From: Alphaproteobacteria bacterium
GTDB taxonomy: Bacteria; Pseudomonadota; Alphaproteobacteria; MPNO01; UBA830
DNA length: 64,000 bases
Direction of reading: 5' to 3'
Assembly (NCBI GenBank): GCA_965243135.1
Contig: OZ251539.1
Span: 5,888,001 to 5,952,000, forward strand
Below the pieces are notes generated by a model that saw nothing but the letters and a program-made list of their open reading frames with translations, did not search any database and was not told where the DNA came from. This document shows, in pieces, positions 13,312 to 23,363 of the stretch. A program made the translations under genes and the position numbers. Position 1 is the stretch's first letter, and each line of letters begins with the position of its first letter.

Positions 13312-14895
13312 TCAGTTCGAAGAGCTCGGCAGCGCTTGATTGCCGCCGGATTGATTCTTGAGCCAAGCATCCAGCGGAGTAGCTCTTTTCCAAAGTTGGT
13401 CCAGTTCCGTTGTAACTGGTTTGGGATCAAGTAGACGGACAACCATTCCTGCCCGGTCCCCTACCGTACCGAAGGAGTTCCCCGAGAGCCACACGTCGTC
13501 ATCGACCACAAGGAACCGGTCGTGCAGCGGCGGCGGGTCGCCCGAAAGTACGCGCACCTCGGGCGTCAAGGTCCGGAAGCTTTGATCGAGCGCCAGTTGA
13601 ACTTGATCGCCGACGCCGTTTTTCAGACATGCCGCGGCGGTCAAGATTTGCAACCTGGCATCCGGCGACCGAATGGCGTGTCCAAAGGCAAGCAGTCCGT
13701 AAGCCGCGAAATACGGGTCGGCAATCATCACTGTCCGCCGAGCGTTGCCGATCATGTCGCGTATGAATTTTGGCGCGTCTTCGGGTTTGTCGTGAAACCA
13801 GCGTTGGCTGACGGCTTTCTGCATGCGCGCGCGCTGGCGCTGCGCTTCGGCAATTTCGGACTGAATCGCCGAGCCGTCCAACTCCGTGCCGATGACGGCG
13901 CTATTCTCTCGTTGGTACTCCGGGATCTCGTATTCGTAGCGATGGGGGCGACTGCCGCGCGCCGGAACTTCGATTGACTTGCGCCGGCTCTCCACCCCAA
14001 GATCAGGTCGGATGGTTCGGATGAGCGGTAACGGCTCACTCCAGCAAAGCAGGCCGTGGCGCGGGTGGGTGACCGTCCGTCCTTCCCGATCGAGTTCTTC
14101 CGCAAACTCGAAGACTTTGACGGCGGTATCGTCACTGAAGATCGTCGTAGCGGGCATCAGACGCCCAAGCACGTTCTCGTTTGCGACTTCCAAGCGGATC
14201 CCGTTCAGGCTTTGATAGGCGCGCGCGACGAGTTTGTAGGCTACCGTTTCGACAGAGCCGTTACGAGGCTCGTCCATGCGGGACTTTTCGATGGATCGGA
14301 ACAACGGATTGGGAGCGATCAAACATATGGCGCCGAGGTATTCCCGATAGAGTTCGACAAGGTCGAGATGAAGCCACCGCTTCAGCTGGGCGCTGTTCTC
14401 TGGTTTGCGCAAGAGTTCATGCTGGCTCCGGCTTAATCTGCGCCTTGTGAGCAGGAAGTGAGCCGGCGACCCCTGCATCCAGTCGGCAGCGAAGTCCAGT
14501 TTGTTCGATACAACCAATCGCGGCCAGGCGGGCAACGTAAAAAAGGGACCGCCCCGCAATGTTCGACCGGACCGAGGAGCGTTGTCGTCGCTAGCCGGCA
14601 GCGCCAAGTTGCCAGCGATGGCTGCCTCATACCAAGCGAGCGCCTCTTCGACCGGCATGGCGAAACGTCGATAGTACAGCCCGCCTTTGCCTGCGGCTCG
14701 ACGGCATTGTTCCGGGGAGCTGTCGGCGGCCGGGAATTCCAGAGGCCGCAACTCCACCATGCCGAACAGCAGATGTCGGGCCGTGTCGTCTCGGAGCCAG
14801 GCAAGATGCACGACGGCCTGACCGTAGGCGGCCCATCGGCATCGTTGCTCGGAAGCGTCCCGCTCGGCGAATTCGGCGATCTGCGTTGGCATCAT
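13312..14895 (-). CDS. N-terminal unknown domain plus C-terminal PLD-like (HDRF) domain; VPA1262-family-like
   Basis: MIADPYF and LHDRFLVVDDDVWLSGNSF; start set at MMPTQ because the upstream ORF extension is antisense to the mutS duplicate; family name from recollection, needs HMM check. Confidence 0.72.
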   Translation of the reverse strand: MMPTQIAEFAERDASEQRCRWAAYGQAVVHLAWLRDDTARHLLFGMVELRPLEFPAADSSPEQCRRAAGKGGLYYRRFAMPVEEALAWYEAAIAGNLALPASDDNAPRSGRTLRGGPFFTLPAWPRLVVSNKLDFAADWMQGSPAHFLLTRRRLSRSQHELLRKPENSAQLKRWLHLDLVELYREYLGAICLIAPNPLFRSIEKSRMDEPRNGSVETVAYKLVARAYQSLNGIRLEVANENVLGRLMPATTIFSDDTAVKVFEFAEELDREGRTVTHPRHGLLCWSEPLPLIRTIRPDLGVESRRKSIEVPARGSRPHRYEYEIPEYQRENSAVIGTELDGSAIQSEIAEAQRQRARMQKAVSQRWFHDKPEDAPKFIRDMIGNARRTVMIADPYFAAYGLLAFGHAIRSPDARLQILTAAACLKNGVGDQVQLALDQSFRTLTPEVRVLSGDPPPLHDRFLVVDDDVWLSGNSFGTVGDRAGMVVRLLDPKPVTTELDQLWKRATPLDAWLKNQSGGNQALPSSSN

Positions 14896-15236
14896 TACCG
14901 TTTCCCAAACGATGCGCTGGCTATTTCGACGCACCCGCGGAAGGGCCGTCAGTCCGGCGCGGCATAACTCCTCGAGTTTGCGGCGTTCGGCACCCTGCTC
15001 CTTCGGTGTCCGCGGATCCGCCCCAGCCACTCTTGTACGCGCGCCCCCGAATTGCAAGCTTTTTCGGCATGCGACGCGCTCGGACGCGAGGACTCGACCT
15101 GTGACGCGTGACCGCTGGCTCCCGTTTCTCGCCGAACGAGGTCGGCCCGTCATTGCGGATTTTCCCACGGCCGGTTTCAGGCTCGCCTGCAACCGTGCGA
15201 GGTGGTCCAGCGTACCGAGGAAGCCTTGTATCTCTT

Positions 15237-15398
15237 CCGGGCGCTCGCTCGGTTCGCCGAGGATCTGCCCCTGTTCTCGGCGAAGACGTCGCAACCCGAG
15301 GCGCCTCCTCCGCCCGCGGTCGTCGCGCTGGGCGACGTAAATCCCGACGAGCTCACGCCGCGCTGGATCTCGTGTACCGGCTGAAGGGCCTGCTCTGA
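15237..15398 (+). repeat. Direct repeat copy 2: degenerate mutS 3' end (island right boundary)
   Basis: Encodes [52 protein letters not shown] with a 7-bp deletion. Confidence 0.93.
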
Positions 15399-15589
15399 CA
15401 ACGCTGCCCGATCGTTGCGTCAGTGTGCGGCGTTGAGTTATCCTACCGAACGGTGCCTTTGCCATATTTCGAACTATCAATTGGGTTCAAGACAGTAGGC
15501 TGCGGTATTCTCGCTTGAGCGGATGAAAACGTGATGTCGCCGACGATTATCTTGCTTCATCACGCAACGAACGGTCGGTTTCAATAAAT

Positions 15590-16318
15590 TTACGGTGAAA
15601 AAAGTTCTTTCTCAATGTAGCGCATATATTTGTTCACATAAAAATAATCTGGTTCCTTTCTTTGCGCCCTAATTCGAATCCTAAAATTCGGGTTAACAAT
15701 GTTATTAGAGTTGAATATGATCAATCCTATACCAAAAACTTGGCATAAAAAATCCAGCTTCGATCTTTCTTCTTCTGACGCTGATTCCGGGATAACCAAA
15801 TAGATTTTATGGCTGAACAAGGCATACGCACAAGCTTGCCCAAATGCAGTAATTAGTTGATTTTTATCTGCTTTTATTTCCGCGGAAACAATTTCAACGG
15901 GCATTTGTACGATGTCACTTAGCTTAGATTGTCGTTTGCCAATTACATCGGGCGTTGCCCATTTATCGTTAAATTTACGTCCACCGAGTCCTACAGCTTT
16001 ATCCGCTTCCTGAAGCTCTTCAACCAACCAATCAGAGAATGGTTTATAGAAACTTTCTTCTTTAATTGTCCGATTGTTATCGTCTTCGTCTAGGGTTATT
16101 TTAGACTGCGATGAACGGTAAAATCCACGAGATATCTGCTCGATTCCTTTATAATTTCCGCGAGAACTGACAACAGAAATTGCGCCGCTTATTGTATGAC
16201 GATTTAGTGTTTTATCCCTATTTTTAATCGCTGCACGAAGGTCTGTGTTTCTTAGTCCATCCGGGTGTTCGTTGAGTATCTCTCTCGCAATTTTGAGTAT
16301 TTTATCTCTTGTCGTCAT
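15590..16318 (-). CDS. wHTH plus PD-(D/E)XK restriction-endonuclease-like protein (HrgA/COG2958-like)
   Basis: AT-rich gene; N-terminal HTH-like region; ESFY..KWATPDVIG..SAEIK..AFGQACAY nuclease motifs. Confidence 0.72.
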   Translation of the reverse strand: MTTRDKILKIAREILNEHPDGLRNTDLRAAIKNRDKTLNRHTISGAISVVSSRGNYKGIEQISRGFYRSSQSKITLDEDDNNRTIKEESFYKPFSDWLVEELQEADKAVGLGGRKFNDKWATPDVIGKRQSKLSDIVQMPVEIVSAEIKADKNQLITAFGQACAYALFSHKIYLVIPESASEEERSKLDFLCQVFGIGLIIFNSNNIVNPNFRIRIRAQRKEPDYFYVNKYMRYIEKELFSP

Positions 16319-16468
16319 GGCACATCCCCTATCAACTTCGAAGCGCAACACTGTCGGTTGGCAATCTCTGTCGCGAGGACAGTATGGGGATTGGTTGGCT
16401 GGTGAGTCAAGGCGGCGGGGCGGCGTTGCTGTCCGGCCGCTTTCTCCGCAACCAGTCGCCCGTGTCCG

Positions 16469-16645
16469 AGCCACGGTCCGGCTCGTGCCAAGTCTGCGGG
16501 GCAACAGATTCCATTTTTGTTCTTGTCGCCAGTCGTTTGTGCGACCCTTGCGGGCTTGTCAGGTGGGCGGACAGAATGAACCGCGTGGTGCCGACCGGGC
16601 GGCGAGCCGACAAAAAATGGCGCAACGCAAACGCCTCTGCTTCTT
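16469..16645 (+). repeat. Dispersed non-coding module, homologous to 57339-57505
   Basis: Shared blocks gccacg.tccggctcg..cc.agtct.cgg, tttttgttc, cccttgcgggc, ccgacaaaaaatggc.ca.cgcaaacg.ctct. Confidence 0.75.
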
Positions 16646-16672
16646 GGCCCGAGGTTCCGAGTTCGTTATGCT
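16644..16672 (+). promoter_or_regulatory. Putative sigma70 promoter; leaderless start of the TA-like pair
   Basis: TTGGCC-N17-TATGCT with ATG 6 nt downstream. Confidence 0.5.
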
Positions 16673-16678
16673 TCGACC

Positions 16679-16891
16679 ATGCAACGCCTGCGTCGCAAAG
16701 AATTGGAGCCGCCGCCGCTGGAAGAGAAGCGCGGCGAGATGCTCTACCGGGCATGCCTTGGCGCGCGGCAAGTCGCCGATTCAAGGCCGGACGGTGCCGC
16801 TGTCCGCGCTCGCCAGCAACCCCCCGCCGACGATTACCCCGAGATATGGCGGCGCCTGCATCGGAAATGGCTCGAACGAAACGGTTGCTGA
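16679..16891 (+). CDS. Small protein, putative antitoxin partner of the nucleotidyltransferase
   Basis: 70 aa, overlaps the NTase start, promoter immediately upstream. Confidence 0.55.
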   Translation: MQRLRRKELEPPPLEEKRGEMLYRACLGARQVADSRPDGAAVRARQQPPADDYPEIWRRLHRKWLERNGC

Positions 16892-17448
16892 CGCCGCCTG
16901 AAATAGCGGTGGAAATCTCGCGAATCCTCGCCGGAGCCGAGTTGCATCACGCTGTCGGCGGGGCGGTCGCGCTCGGATTTTATTCCAATCCCAGAGGCAC
17001 GCTTGGCGTCGATTTCAACGTCTTCGTCGACGCCGGCAAGGCGGATGCCGCGCTTGAATCGCTCGTTGCCGGGGGCGTCGCCCTTGAACGCGCCGTGGCG
17101 CAGGCGGTTATACGGGAGCGCGGCGAACTGCGTCTTGATCGTGGCGGCTGCCGCGTCGACCTGTTCTTCAACTCGATCCCGTTTCAGGAAAAGGCCTCCC
17201 GAAGAACCCGGCTGGTCCGGCTGCTGGGAGCCGCCTTACCGATCCTCTCGGCGGAAGACCTGATCGTCTTCAAGTTCCTGTACAACCGGCGCAAGGACCT
17301 TACCGATATCCGGCAAGTCTTCGAAACCGTGGGAGACCAGTTGGATCTGGACTATATCCGCGAGGGCTTGATCGAGTGCGTCGGCGCCGACGATTCGCGC
17401 CTGACCGATTTCGGCGCGATTCTGAGGGAGGTGAAGGCCGCGCCGTAG
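16867..17448 (+). CDS. Nucleotidyltransferase-fold protein (AbiEii/DUF6036-like)
   Basis: AVGGAVALGFYSNPRGTLGVD, SAEDLIVFK, RRKDLTDI motifs. Confidence 0.78.
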   Translation: MARTKRLLTPPEIAVEISRILAGAELHHAVGGAVALGFYSNPRGTLGVDFNVFVDAGKADAALESLVAGGVALERAVAQAVIRERGELRLDRGGCRVDLFFNSIPFQEKASRRTRLVRLLGAALPILSAEDLIVFKFLYNRRKDLTDIRQVFETVGDQLDLDYIREGLIECVGADDSRLTDFGAILREVKAAP

Positions 17449-17551
17449 GAAGCCGGGTTCGCCAGCCCGGTCGACCGGCGTCGGCTTTCGATCGGCAGGG
17501 ACCGAATTTGTCGAAAACAGGGCTTGCGCCCGCCCGCGGGATCGCTTATTC

Positions 17552-17572
17552 TGCGAATGACATTCACTCGCA
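17552..17572 (+). promoter_or_regulatory. Fur-type iron box upstream of bfd
   Basis: TGCGAATGA-CAT-TCACTCGCA palindrome (1 mismatch), 14/21 match to TGATAATGATAATCATTATCA. Confidence 0.7.
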
Positions 17573-17594
17573 AACAGCTGCTGCGGCGCGTTCC

Positions 17595-17777
17595 ATGTTC
17601 GTCTGTTCTTGCAACGCTCTCCGGGATTCGGAAATTCGGGAGCTCGCCCGAGAAGGCGTCACGTCGGTCAGGCAGGCCTACGACAGGTTCGGCTGCAGGC
17701 CGGTCTGCGCCCGCTGCGCGGTCGGCATACAGGAAATTCTCGACGAGGTTCGGCTTCCCGACCGCCGGACGCATTGA
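17595..17777 (+). CDS. bfd: Bacterioferritin-associated ferredoxin (2Fe-2S)
   Basis: MFVCSCNAL...CRPVCARC (CxC..CxxC), 60 aa. Confidence 0.85.
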   Translation: MFVCSCNALRDSEIRELAREGVTSVRQAYDRFGCRPVCARCAVGIQEILDEVRLPDRRTH

Positions 17778-17933
17778 GGTCCGCCTTTTCGTCCGGCCGG
17801 GCGACGCCGTCGGAGACGCGGCCGGCCCGGGCGATTGAAGGGCCTGCGCCTGGTTTCGCGCGGACCGCTTGCGGCCGGCGGAACCCGCGTCGCCGATGAT
17901 GTATATTGGGCGGAAACACGCTGGCGAGTCCTT

Positions 17934-20663
17934 ATGCCCTCCATCCCGAAACAGCGCCGGATCGTCGACCGCGCCGCCATCCTGGGCAGGATCGACGAAA
18001 TGCTTGCCGACGGCCGGCCGCCGCGAGACTTGCGCGGAGACCTGCTCGGCCTGCTCAAGGAAGCGATGGCCGGCGGCCGCGCCGAAATCCGCCGCCGGTT
18101 CGAACGGCGAGAGGCTCGCGGCGCGGACGCGGCGCGAGCCCAAGCGTTCCTCGCGGACCAGATCGTGCGGGTCATCTACGACTTCGCGACCGGCCACGTC
18201 TATCCGGCCGCGAATCCGACCGAAGGAGAACGGCTCTGCGCCGCCGCCGTCGGCGGCTACGGACGGGGCGAGCTCGCGCCCCATTCCGACATCGACCTTC
18301 TGTTTCTGCTGCCGTTCAAGGTGACGGCCCGCCAGGAGCAGGTTATCGAATACGTTCTCTACATGCTGTGGGATCTCAAGCTCAAGGTAGGGCACGCCGC
18401 GCGCTCGATCGACGACTGCCTGCGGCTCGCCCGCCGCGACCTGACCATCGGAACGTCGCTGCTCGAGGCGCGCTACCTGTGGGGGGAGCGCAAGCTGTTC
18501 GGAGAACTGCGGCAGCGTTTCCGGACCTCCGGCAATCCGGAGTTCGTCGAGGCCAAGCTCGCCGAACGCGACGCGCGCCACAAGCGGATGGGCGATTCCC
18601 GCTACATTCTCGAGCCCAACGTCAAGGAAGGAAAAGGCGGCTTGCGCGATCTCCAGACGCTCTACTGGATCGCGAAGTTCCTTTACAAGGTCGACCATGC
18701 TTCGGAGCTCGTCGACCGGGGCGTTCTGACCGAACGGGAAGGGCAGCGCCTGGCGCGCGCGCACCGTTTCATGTGGGACGTCCGCTTCCATCTGCATTAT
18801 CTCGCAGGTCGCGGCGAAGACCGCCTCACGTTCGATTTTCAGCCGGAGATCGCCGCGCGGCTCGAATATCGCGGCCGCGCCGGCGCCCGCGGGGTCGAGC
18901 GGTTCATGAAGCACTACTACCTCGTCGCCAAGGAAATCGGCGATCTCACCCGCATCTTCTGCGCGGCGCTCGAAGCCGAACACAAGCGGAAGCCGCGCTT
19001 GCGCATGCCGGCGCTGCTTCGCAGGGCGCCGGAAGGCTTCGTCGTCGACGGCGGCCGCCTGACAGTGCGGCGCGGGCGCGACCTGCGCGAAGACCCGCTG
19101 AAGATCCTCAGCCTGTTTCGCGTCGCCCAGGCGGAGCGGCTGGACATCCATCCCGCCGCGTTGCGGGCCGTCACCCGCAACCTGAGCGCCGTCGACTCGA
19201 TCCGCGACGATCCCGAGGCGAACCGGCTGTTCGTCGAGATGCTGACGTCCGAACGCGATCCCGAGACCACCCTGCGGCGTTTGAACGAGGCGGGGGTGTT
19301 CGGTCGCTTCGTGCCGGATTTCGGACGCGTCGTCGCCCAGATGCAACACGACATGTACCATGTCTATACGGTCGACGAGCACACGATCTTCGCCATCGGA
19401 ATCCTGCGGGCGATCGAAGCGGGCCGCTTCGCGGAAGAAATGCCGACCGCCTCGGAACAGGTGCACAAGGTGAAGTCGCGCCGCGCGCTCTACGTGGCTT
19501 TGCTGCTGCACGACATCGCCAAGGGCAGGGGCGGCGACCATTCGGAACTCGGCGCCGGCGTGGCGCTTGAGCTCTGCCCCAGGTTCGGAATGTCGGAAGA
19601 AGAGACCCAAACCGTCGAATGGCTCGTGCGGCATCACCTGTTGATGAGCAACACCGCTTTCCGCCGCGACATCGAGGATCCGCAGACGGTCGCCGATTTC
19701 TGCGCCGTGGTGCGGTCCGTCGAACGGCTGCGCCTGCTGCTGGTGCTGACCGTCGCCGACATCCGGGCGGTCGGTCCCGGCGTGTGGAACGGGTGGAAGG
19801 CGGGACTGCTTCGCGGACTCTATGCCGCGGCGGAAGAACGATTGACCGGCGGGCACGCGACCGACGGGCGCGAGGCGCGGGTTGCGAGAGCGCAGGAGGA
19901 CATGCGCGGGCTGCTCGTCGACCTGCCGGCGGCCGCGGTGGAGGCGCATATCGCCCGCGGCCATCCCTCCTACTGGCTGTCGTTCGACGCGGAAAGCCAT
20001 GCCCGGCATGCGCGCATCGCCCACGAGGCCGGATCGCAGCCGCTGACGATCAGGAACCGCGTGGACAACAGGCGGTCGGTCGCGGAAATCACCATCTACG
20101 CCCTCGACCACCCCGGGCTCTTCGCGCGGATCGCCGGGGCGATGGCGGTCAGCGGCGCTGGGATCGTGGACGCCAAGATCTTCACGATGACGGACGGCAT
20201 GGCGCTCGATACATTCTGGGTGCAGGACGTGAACGGCGGCCCGTTCGACCGGCCGGACAAGCTCGCGCGGTTGTATTCCAGAATCGAACAGACGCTGGCC
20301 GGCCGGTTGCGGCCCCGCGAAGAGCTCGGCAAGGCGCCTGCCGTTCCGAGCCGCGCGAGCGTGTTCAAGGTGGCGCCGCGGATACTCATCGATAACGACG
20401 CAAGCCGCACGCACACGGTGATCGAGGTGAACGCGCAGGATCGCGCAGGCCTGCTTTACGACCTCACGCGGGCGTTGTCGGCGCTCAACCTGCAGATAGC
20501 TTCCGCGCATATCACGACGTTCGGCGAGACCGCCGTCGACGTCTTCTACGTCAAGGACCTGTTCGGCCTGCAGGTCACGCACGAGGGCAAGCTTGCGCAG
20601 ATTCGGGAAGCGTTGTTGTCTCTCGTCGGCGATGCCGGACTTCCGGCAGCCGCGGCCGCATAG
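17934..20663 (+). CDS. glnD: [Protein-PII] uridylyltransferase
   Basis: AVGGYGRGELAPHSDIDLLFL, EPNVKEGKGGLRD, YHVYTVDEH, LLHDIAKGR, two ACT domains. Confidence 0.97.
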   Translation: MPSIPKQRRIVDRAAILGRIDEMLADGRPPRDLRGDLLGLLKEAMAGGRAEIRRRFERREARGADAARAQAFLADQIVRVIYDFATGHVYPAANPTEGERLCAAAVGGYGRGELAPHSDIDLLFLLPFKVTARQEQVIEYVLYMLWDLKLKVGHAARSIDDCLRLARRDLTIGTSLLEARYLWGERKLFGELRQRFRTSGNPEFVEAKLAERDARHKRMGDSRYILEPNVKEGKGGLRDLQTLYWIAKFLYKVDHASELVDRGVLTEREGQRLARAHRFMWDVRFHLHYLAGRGEDRLTFDFQPEIAARLEYRGRAGARGVERFMKHYYLVAKEIGDLTRIFCAALEAEHKRKPRLRMPALLRRAPEGFVVDGGRLTVRRGRDLREDPLKILSLFRVAQAERLDIHPAALRAVTRNLSAVDSIRDDPEANRLFVEMLTSERDPETTLRRLNEAGVFGRFVPDFGRVVAQMQHDMYHVYTVDEHTIFAIGILRAIEAGRFAEEMPTASEQVHKVKSRRALYVALLLHDIAKGRGGDHSELGAGVALELCPRFGMSEEETQTVEWLVRHHLLMSNTAFRRDIEDPQTVADFCAVVRSVERLRLLLVLTVADIRAVGPGVWNGWKAGLLRGLYAAAEERLTGGHATDGREARVARAQEDMRGLLVDLPAAAVEAHIARGHPSYWLSFDAESHARHARIAHEAGSQPLTIRNRVDNRRSVAEITIYALDHPGLFARIAGAMAVSGAGIVDAKIFTMTDGMALDTFWVQDVNGGPFDRPDKLARLYSRIEQTLAGRLRPREELGKAPAVPSRASVFKVAPRILIDNDASRTHTVIEVNAQDRAGLLYDLTRALSALNLQIASAHITTFGETAVDVFYVKDLFGLQVTHEGKLAQIREALLSLVGDAGLPAAAAA

Positions 20664-20689
20664 CGCCCCTCGAACGCCGGGCGGGACGA

Positions 20690-22228
20690 GTGGCCCTGCT
20701 TCGCTCGGTCGCCACCGTAGGCGGCTTCACCATGCTCAGCCGCGTCCTCGGGCTGGCGCGCGACATGCTGATTGCGGCGATCTTGGGCGCGGGACCCGTC
20801 GCCGACGCCTTCTTCGTCGCCTTTCGGTTGCCGAACTTCTTCCGGCGCCTCTTCGCCGAGGGCGCTTTCAATCCCGCGTTCGTTCCCCTGTTCGCGCGAA
20901 GCTTGGCGGAAGGAGGCCGGGCGGCCGCGCGCCGGTTCGCCGGCGAGGTGATGTCGGTCTTCGTCGCGGCGCTGTTCTTGTTCGTCACCGCGGTCCAGAT
21001 TGCGATGCCGTGGGTGATGCACGGCTTCGCCCCGGGTTTCGCGTCCGATCCGTACAGGTTCGGACTGGCGGTGACGCTAACGCAGATCACCTTTCCTTAT
21101 CTTCTGTTCGTTTCCTTGGTCGCGCAGCTTGGGGGGGTGCTCAACGCGCTGGACCGGTTCGCCGCCGCCGCTGCGGCGCCGGTGGTTCTGAACCTTTGCC
21201 TGATCGCCGCCGTTCTCGGCCTGTCGCCGCTGGTCGAGACGCCCGGCCATGCCTTGGCATGGGGAGTCGCCGCCGCGGGCGCGGTCCAGTTCGCGTGGTT
21301 GGTCGTCGCTTGTCGAAGGGCCGGCTTCTCGCCGCGCCTGCCCTTTCCGAGATTGACCCCCGGGGTGAGGAGATTGCTGCGGCTGATGCTGCCGGGCGTC
21401 CTCGCCGCCGGAGTGACGCAGGTGAATCTCCTCGTCGACGTGGTTATCGCTTCGCTTCTGCCGCGCGGTTCGGTCTCGTACCTGTATTACGCCGACCGCG
21501 TGAATCAGTTGCCGCTCGGCGTCATCGGCGTCGCGATCGGCACCGCGCTGTTGCCGCTCATGTCGCGCCAGTTGCGGGCCGGCGAGGATCGCGCCGCGGC
21601 GGACGCCATGAATCGCGCGCTCGAATTCGGGCTGCTGTTCACTTTGCCCGCCGCCGCCGCCTTGCTCGTGATGCCGGCGCCCGTCGTCGCGGCGCTGTTC
21701 GAGCGCGGAGCCTTCGACGGAAGCGAGACCGCCGCGACCGCGGCCGCGCTCGCCGCCTACGCGACCGGTCTTCCCGCCTATGTTCTGATCAAGGTTTTGG
21801 GGCCGGGCTTCTTCGCGCGCGAAGACACGGCGACGCCGATGAAGGTCGCGATGTTCTGCGTCGCCGTCAATCTCTGCCTCAACCTCGTGTTGATGGGGCC
21901 GTTGCAGCACGTGGGCATCGCTCTCGCGACCGCGGTCTCAGCCTGGACGAATTCGGCGCTGCTGGCGTGGCTGCTCGCAAGGCGCGGACATCTTCCGATC
22001 GACGCGCGATTGCGCCGCGCTGCGCCGCGAATCCTCGCCGCCAGCGCCGGAATGGCGCTCGTTCTGTGGGCGGCCCGGACCGCGCTCGGCGAAACGGAAG
22101 GCGCGCGGCCGATCGAGCTGGCAGGCCTCGTGACGCTAGGCCTTGCCTCGTTCGCGGTCTTCGCGGTTCTGGCGGGCGCGGCGCGGCCGGCGGACGTCAA
22201 GGCGCTGCTTGACCGTTCGCGGGGTTAA
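20690..22228 (+). CDS. murJ: Lipid II flippase MurJ
   Basis: [37 protein letters not shown]. Confidence 0.97.
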   Translation: MALLRSVATVGGFTMLSRVLGLARDMLIAAILGAGPVADAFFVAFRLPNFFRRLFAEGAFNPAFVPLFARSLAEGGRAAARRFAGEVMSVFVAALFLFVTAVQIAMPWVMHGFAPGFASDPYRFGLAVTLTQITFPYLLFVSLVAQLGGVLNALDRFAAAAAAPVVLNLCLIAAVLGLSPLVETPGHALAWGVAAAGAVQFAWLVVACRRAGFSPRLPFPRLTPGVRRLLRLMLPGVLAAGVTQVNLLVDVVIASLLPRGSVSYLYYADRVNQLPLGVIGVAIGTALLPLMSRQLRAGEDRAAADAMNRALEFGLLFTLPAAAALLVMPAPVVAALFERGAFDGSETAATAAALAAYATGLPAYVLIKVLGPGFFAREDTATPMKVAMFCVAVNLCLNLVLMGPLQHVGIALATAVSAWTNSALLAWLLARRGHLPIDARLRRAAPRILAASAGMALVLWAARTALGETEGARPIELAGLVTLGLASFAVFAVLAGAARPADVKALLDRSRG

Positions 22229-22268
22229 GGCGATAACCGGCCCGATTTCCTTTCCTGGGGATTTTGCG

Positions 22269-23267
22269 ATGAACCGGATATTCTCCGGCGTGCAGCCGAC
22301 CGGCAATCTTCATCTCGGAAACTATCTCGGCGCGATCCGGAATTTCGTGGATCTGCAAGGCGATTACGAGTGCATATACTGCGTCGTCGATCTCCACGCC
22401 CTGACCCAGTGGCAAGACCCAGCCGAGCTCGCCCGCAACACGCGCGAGGTCACGGCCGCCTTCGTCGCGTCGGGGATCGATCCGGAGAAGAGCGTCATCT
22501 TCAGCCAGAGCCGGGTGCCCGCCCACACCCAGATCGCCTGGATATTCAGTTGCGTCGCGCGGATCGGCTGGCTGAACCGCATGACCCAGTTCAAGGAGAA
22601 GGCCGGCAGCCGGCGCGAGAACGCCTCCGTCGGACTGTTCGCCTATCCCGCTCTGATGGCGGCCGATATCCTCGTCTACAGGGCGACCCACGTGCCGGTC
22701 GGCGAAGATCAGAAGCAGCATCTCGAACTGACGCGCGACATCGCGCAGAAGTTCAACCACGATTACGGCGTCGACTTCTTTCCGCTGGTCGAGCCGCTCA
22801 TCTTCGGCGAGGCCACTCGCGTGATGAACCTGAAAGACGGCACGAAGAAGATGTCGAAGTCGGACTCGTCGGAGCAGTCGCGCATCGTCTTCACGGATTC
22901 CGCCGACGAGATCTCGAAGAAGATCAGGCGGGCGAAGACGGACCCTGAGCCGCTTCCGTCCGAGCCCGCCGGCCTTGCAGGACGCCCGGAGGCGGCCAAC
23001 CTCGTCGGGATCTATGCGGCGCTGTCGCGCAAGAGCGCCGCCGACGTGCTCTCGGAGTTCGGGGGGCGAGGATTCGGGGATTTCAAGCCGGCGCTCGCCG
23101 ATCTCGCGATCGCGAAGCTGGGGCCTATTTCGGACCGCATGCGCAGATTGATGGACGACCGGGGGCATGTCGACGCAATTCTGGAGAACGGCGCGGAGCG
23201 CGCCGCGGAGATCGCCGAGCCGATCAGGGACAGGGTCTACGAGATCGTCGGGCTGGCTTCCTCCTGA
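22269..23267 (+). CDS. trpS: Tryptophanyl-tRNA synthetase
   Basis: [31 protein letters not shown]. Confidence 0.97.
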   Translation: MNRIFSGVQPTGNLHLGNYLGAIRNFVDLQGDYECIYCVVDLHALTQWQDPAELARNTREVTAAFVASGIDPEKSVIFSQSRVPAHTQIAWIFSCVARIGWLNRMTQFKEKAGSRRENASVGLFAYPALMAADILVYRATHVPVGEDQKQHLELTRDIAQKFNHDYGVDFFPLVEPLIFGEATRVMNLKDGTKKMSKSDSSEQSRIVFTDSADEISKKIRRAKTDPEPLPSEPAGLAGRPEAANLVGIYAALSRKSAADVLSEFGGRGFGDFKPALADLAIAKLGPISDRMRRLMDDRGHVDAILENGAERAAEIAEPIRDRVYEIVGLASS

Positions 23268-23363
23268 AACCGCGTCCGGCCTCGTCGGGAGGACGCCGGC
23301 TCTTGCGTCCGCGTGCGGTTGGGCGCACAAAGCGCCCGTGACGATCTGCCGCGGATAGCGATC

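Noticed and set aside
14896-15480. N-terminal extension of the 722-aa ORF
   Set aside because: It overlaps the antisense of the duplicated mutS tail; the ATG at 14895/14892 is the more plausible start.
17352-20582. 1076-aa minus-strand ORF and similar shadows over trpS, miaB and lnt
   Set aside because: Antisense to well-conserved genes, with no motifs of their own.
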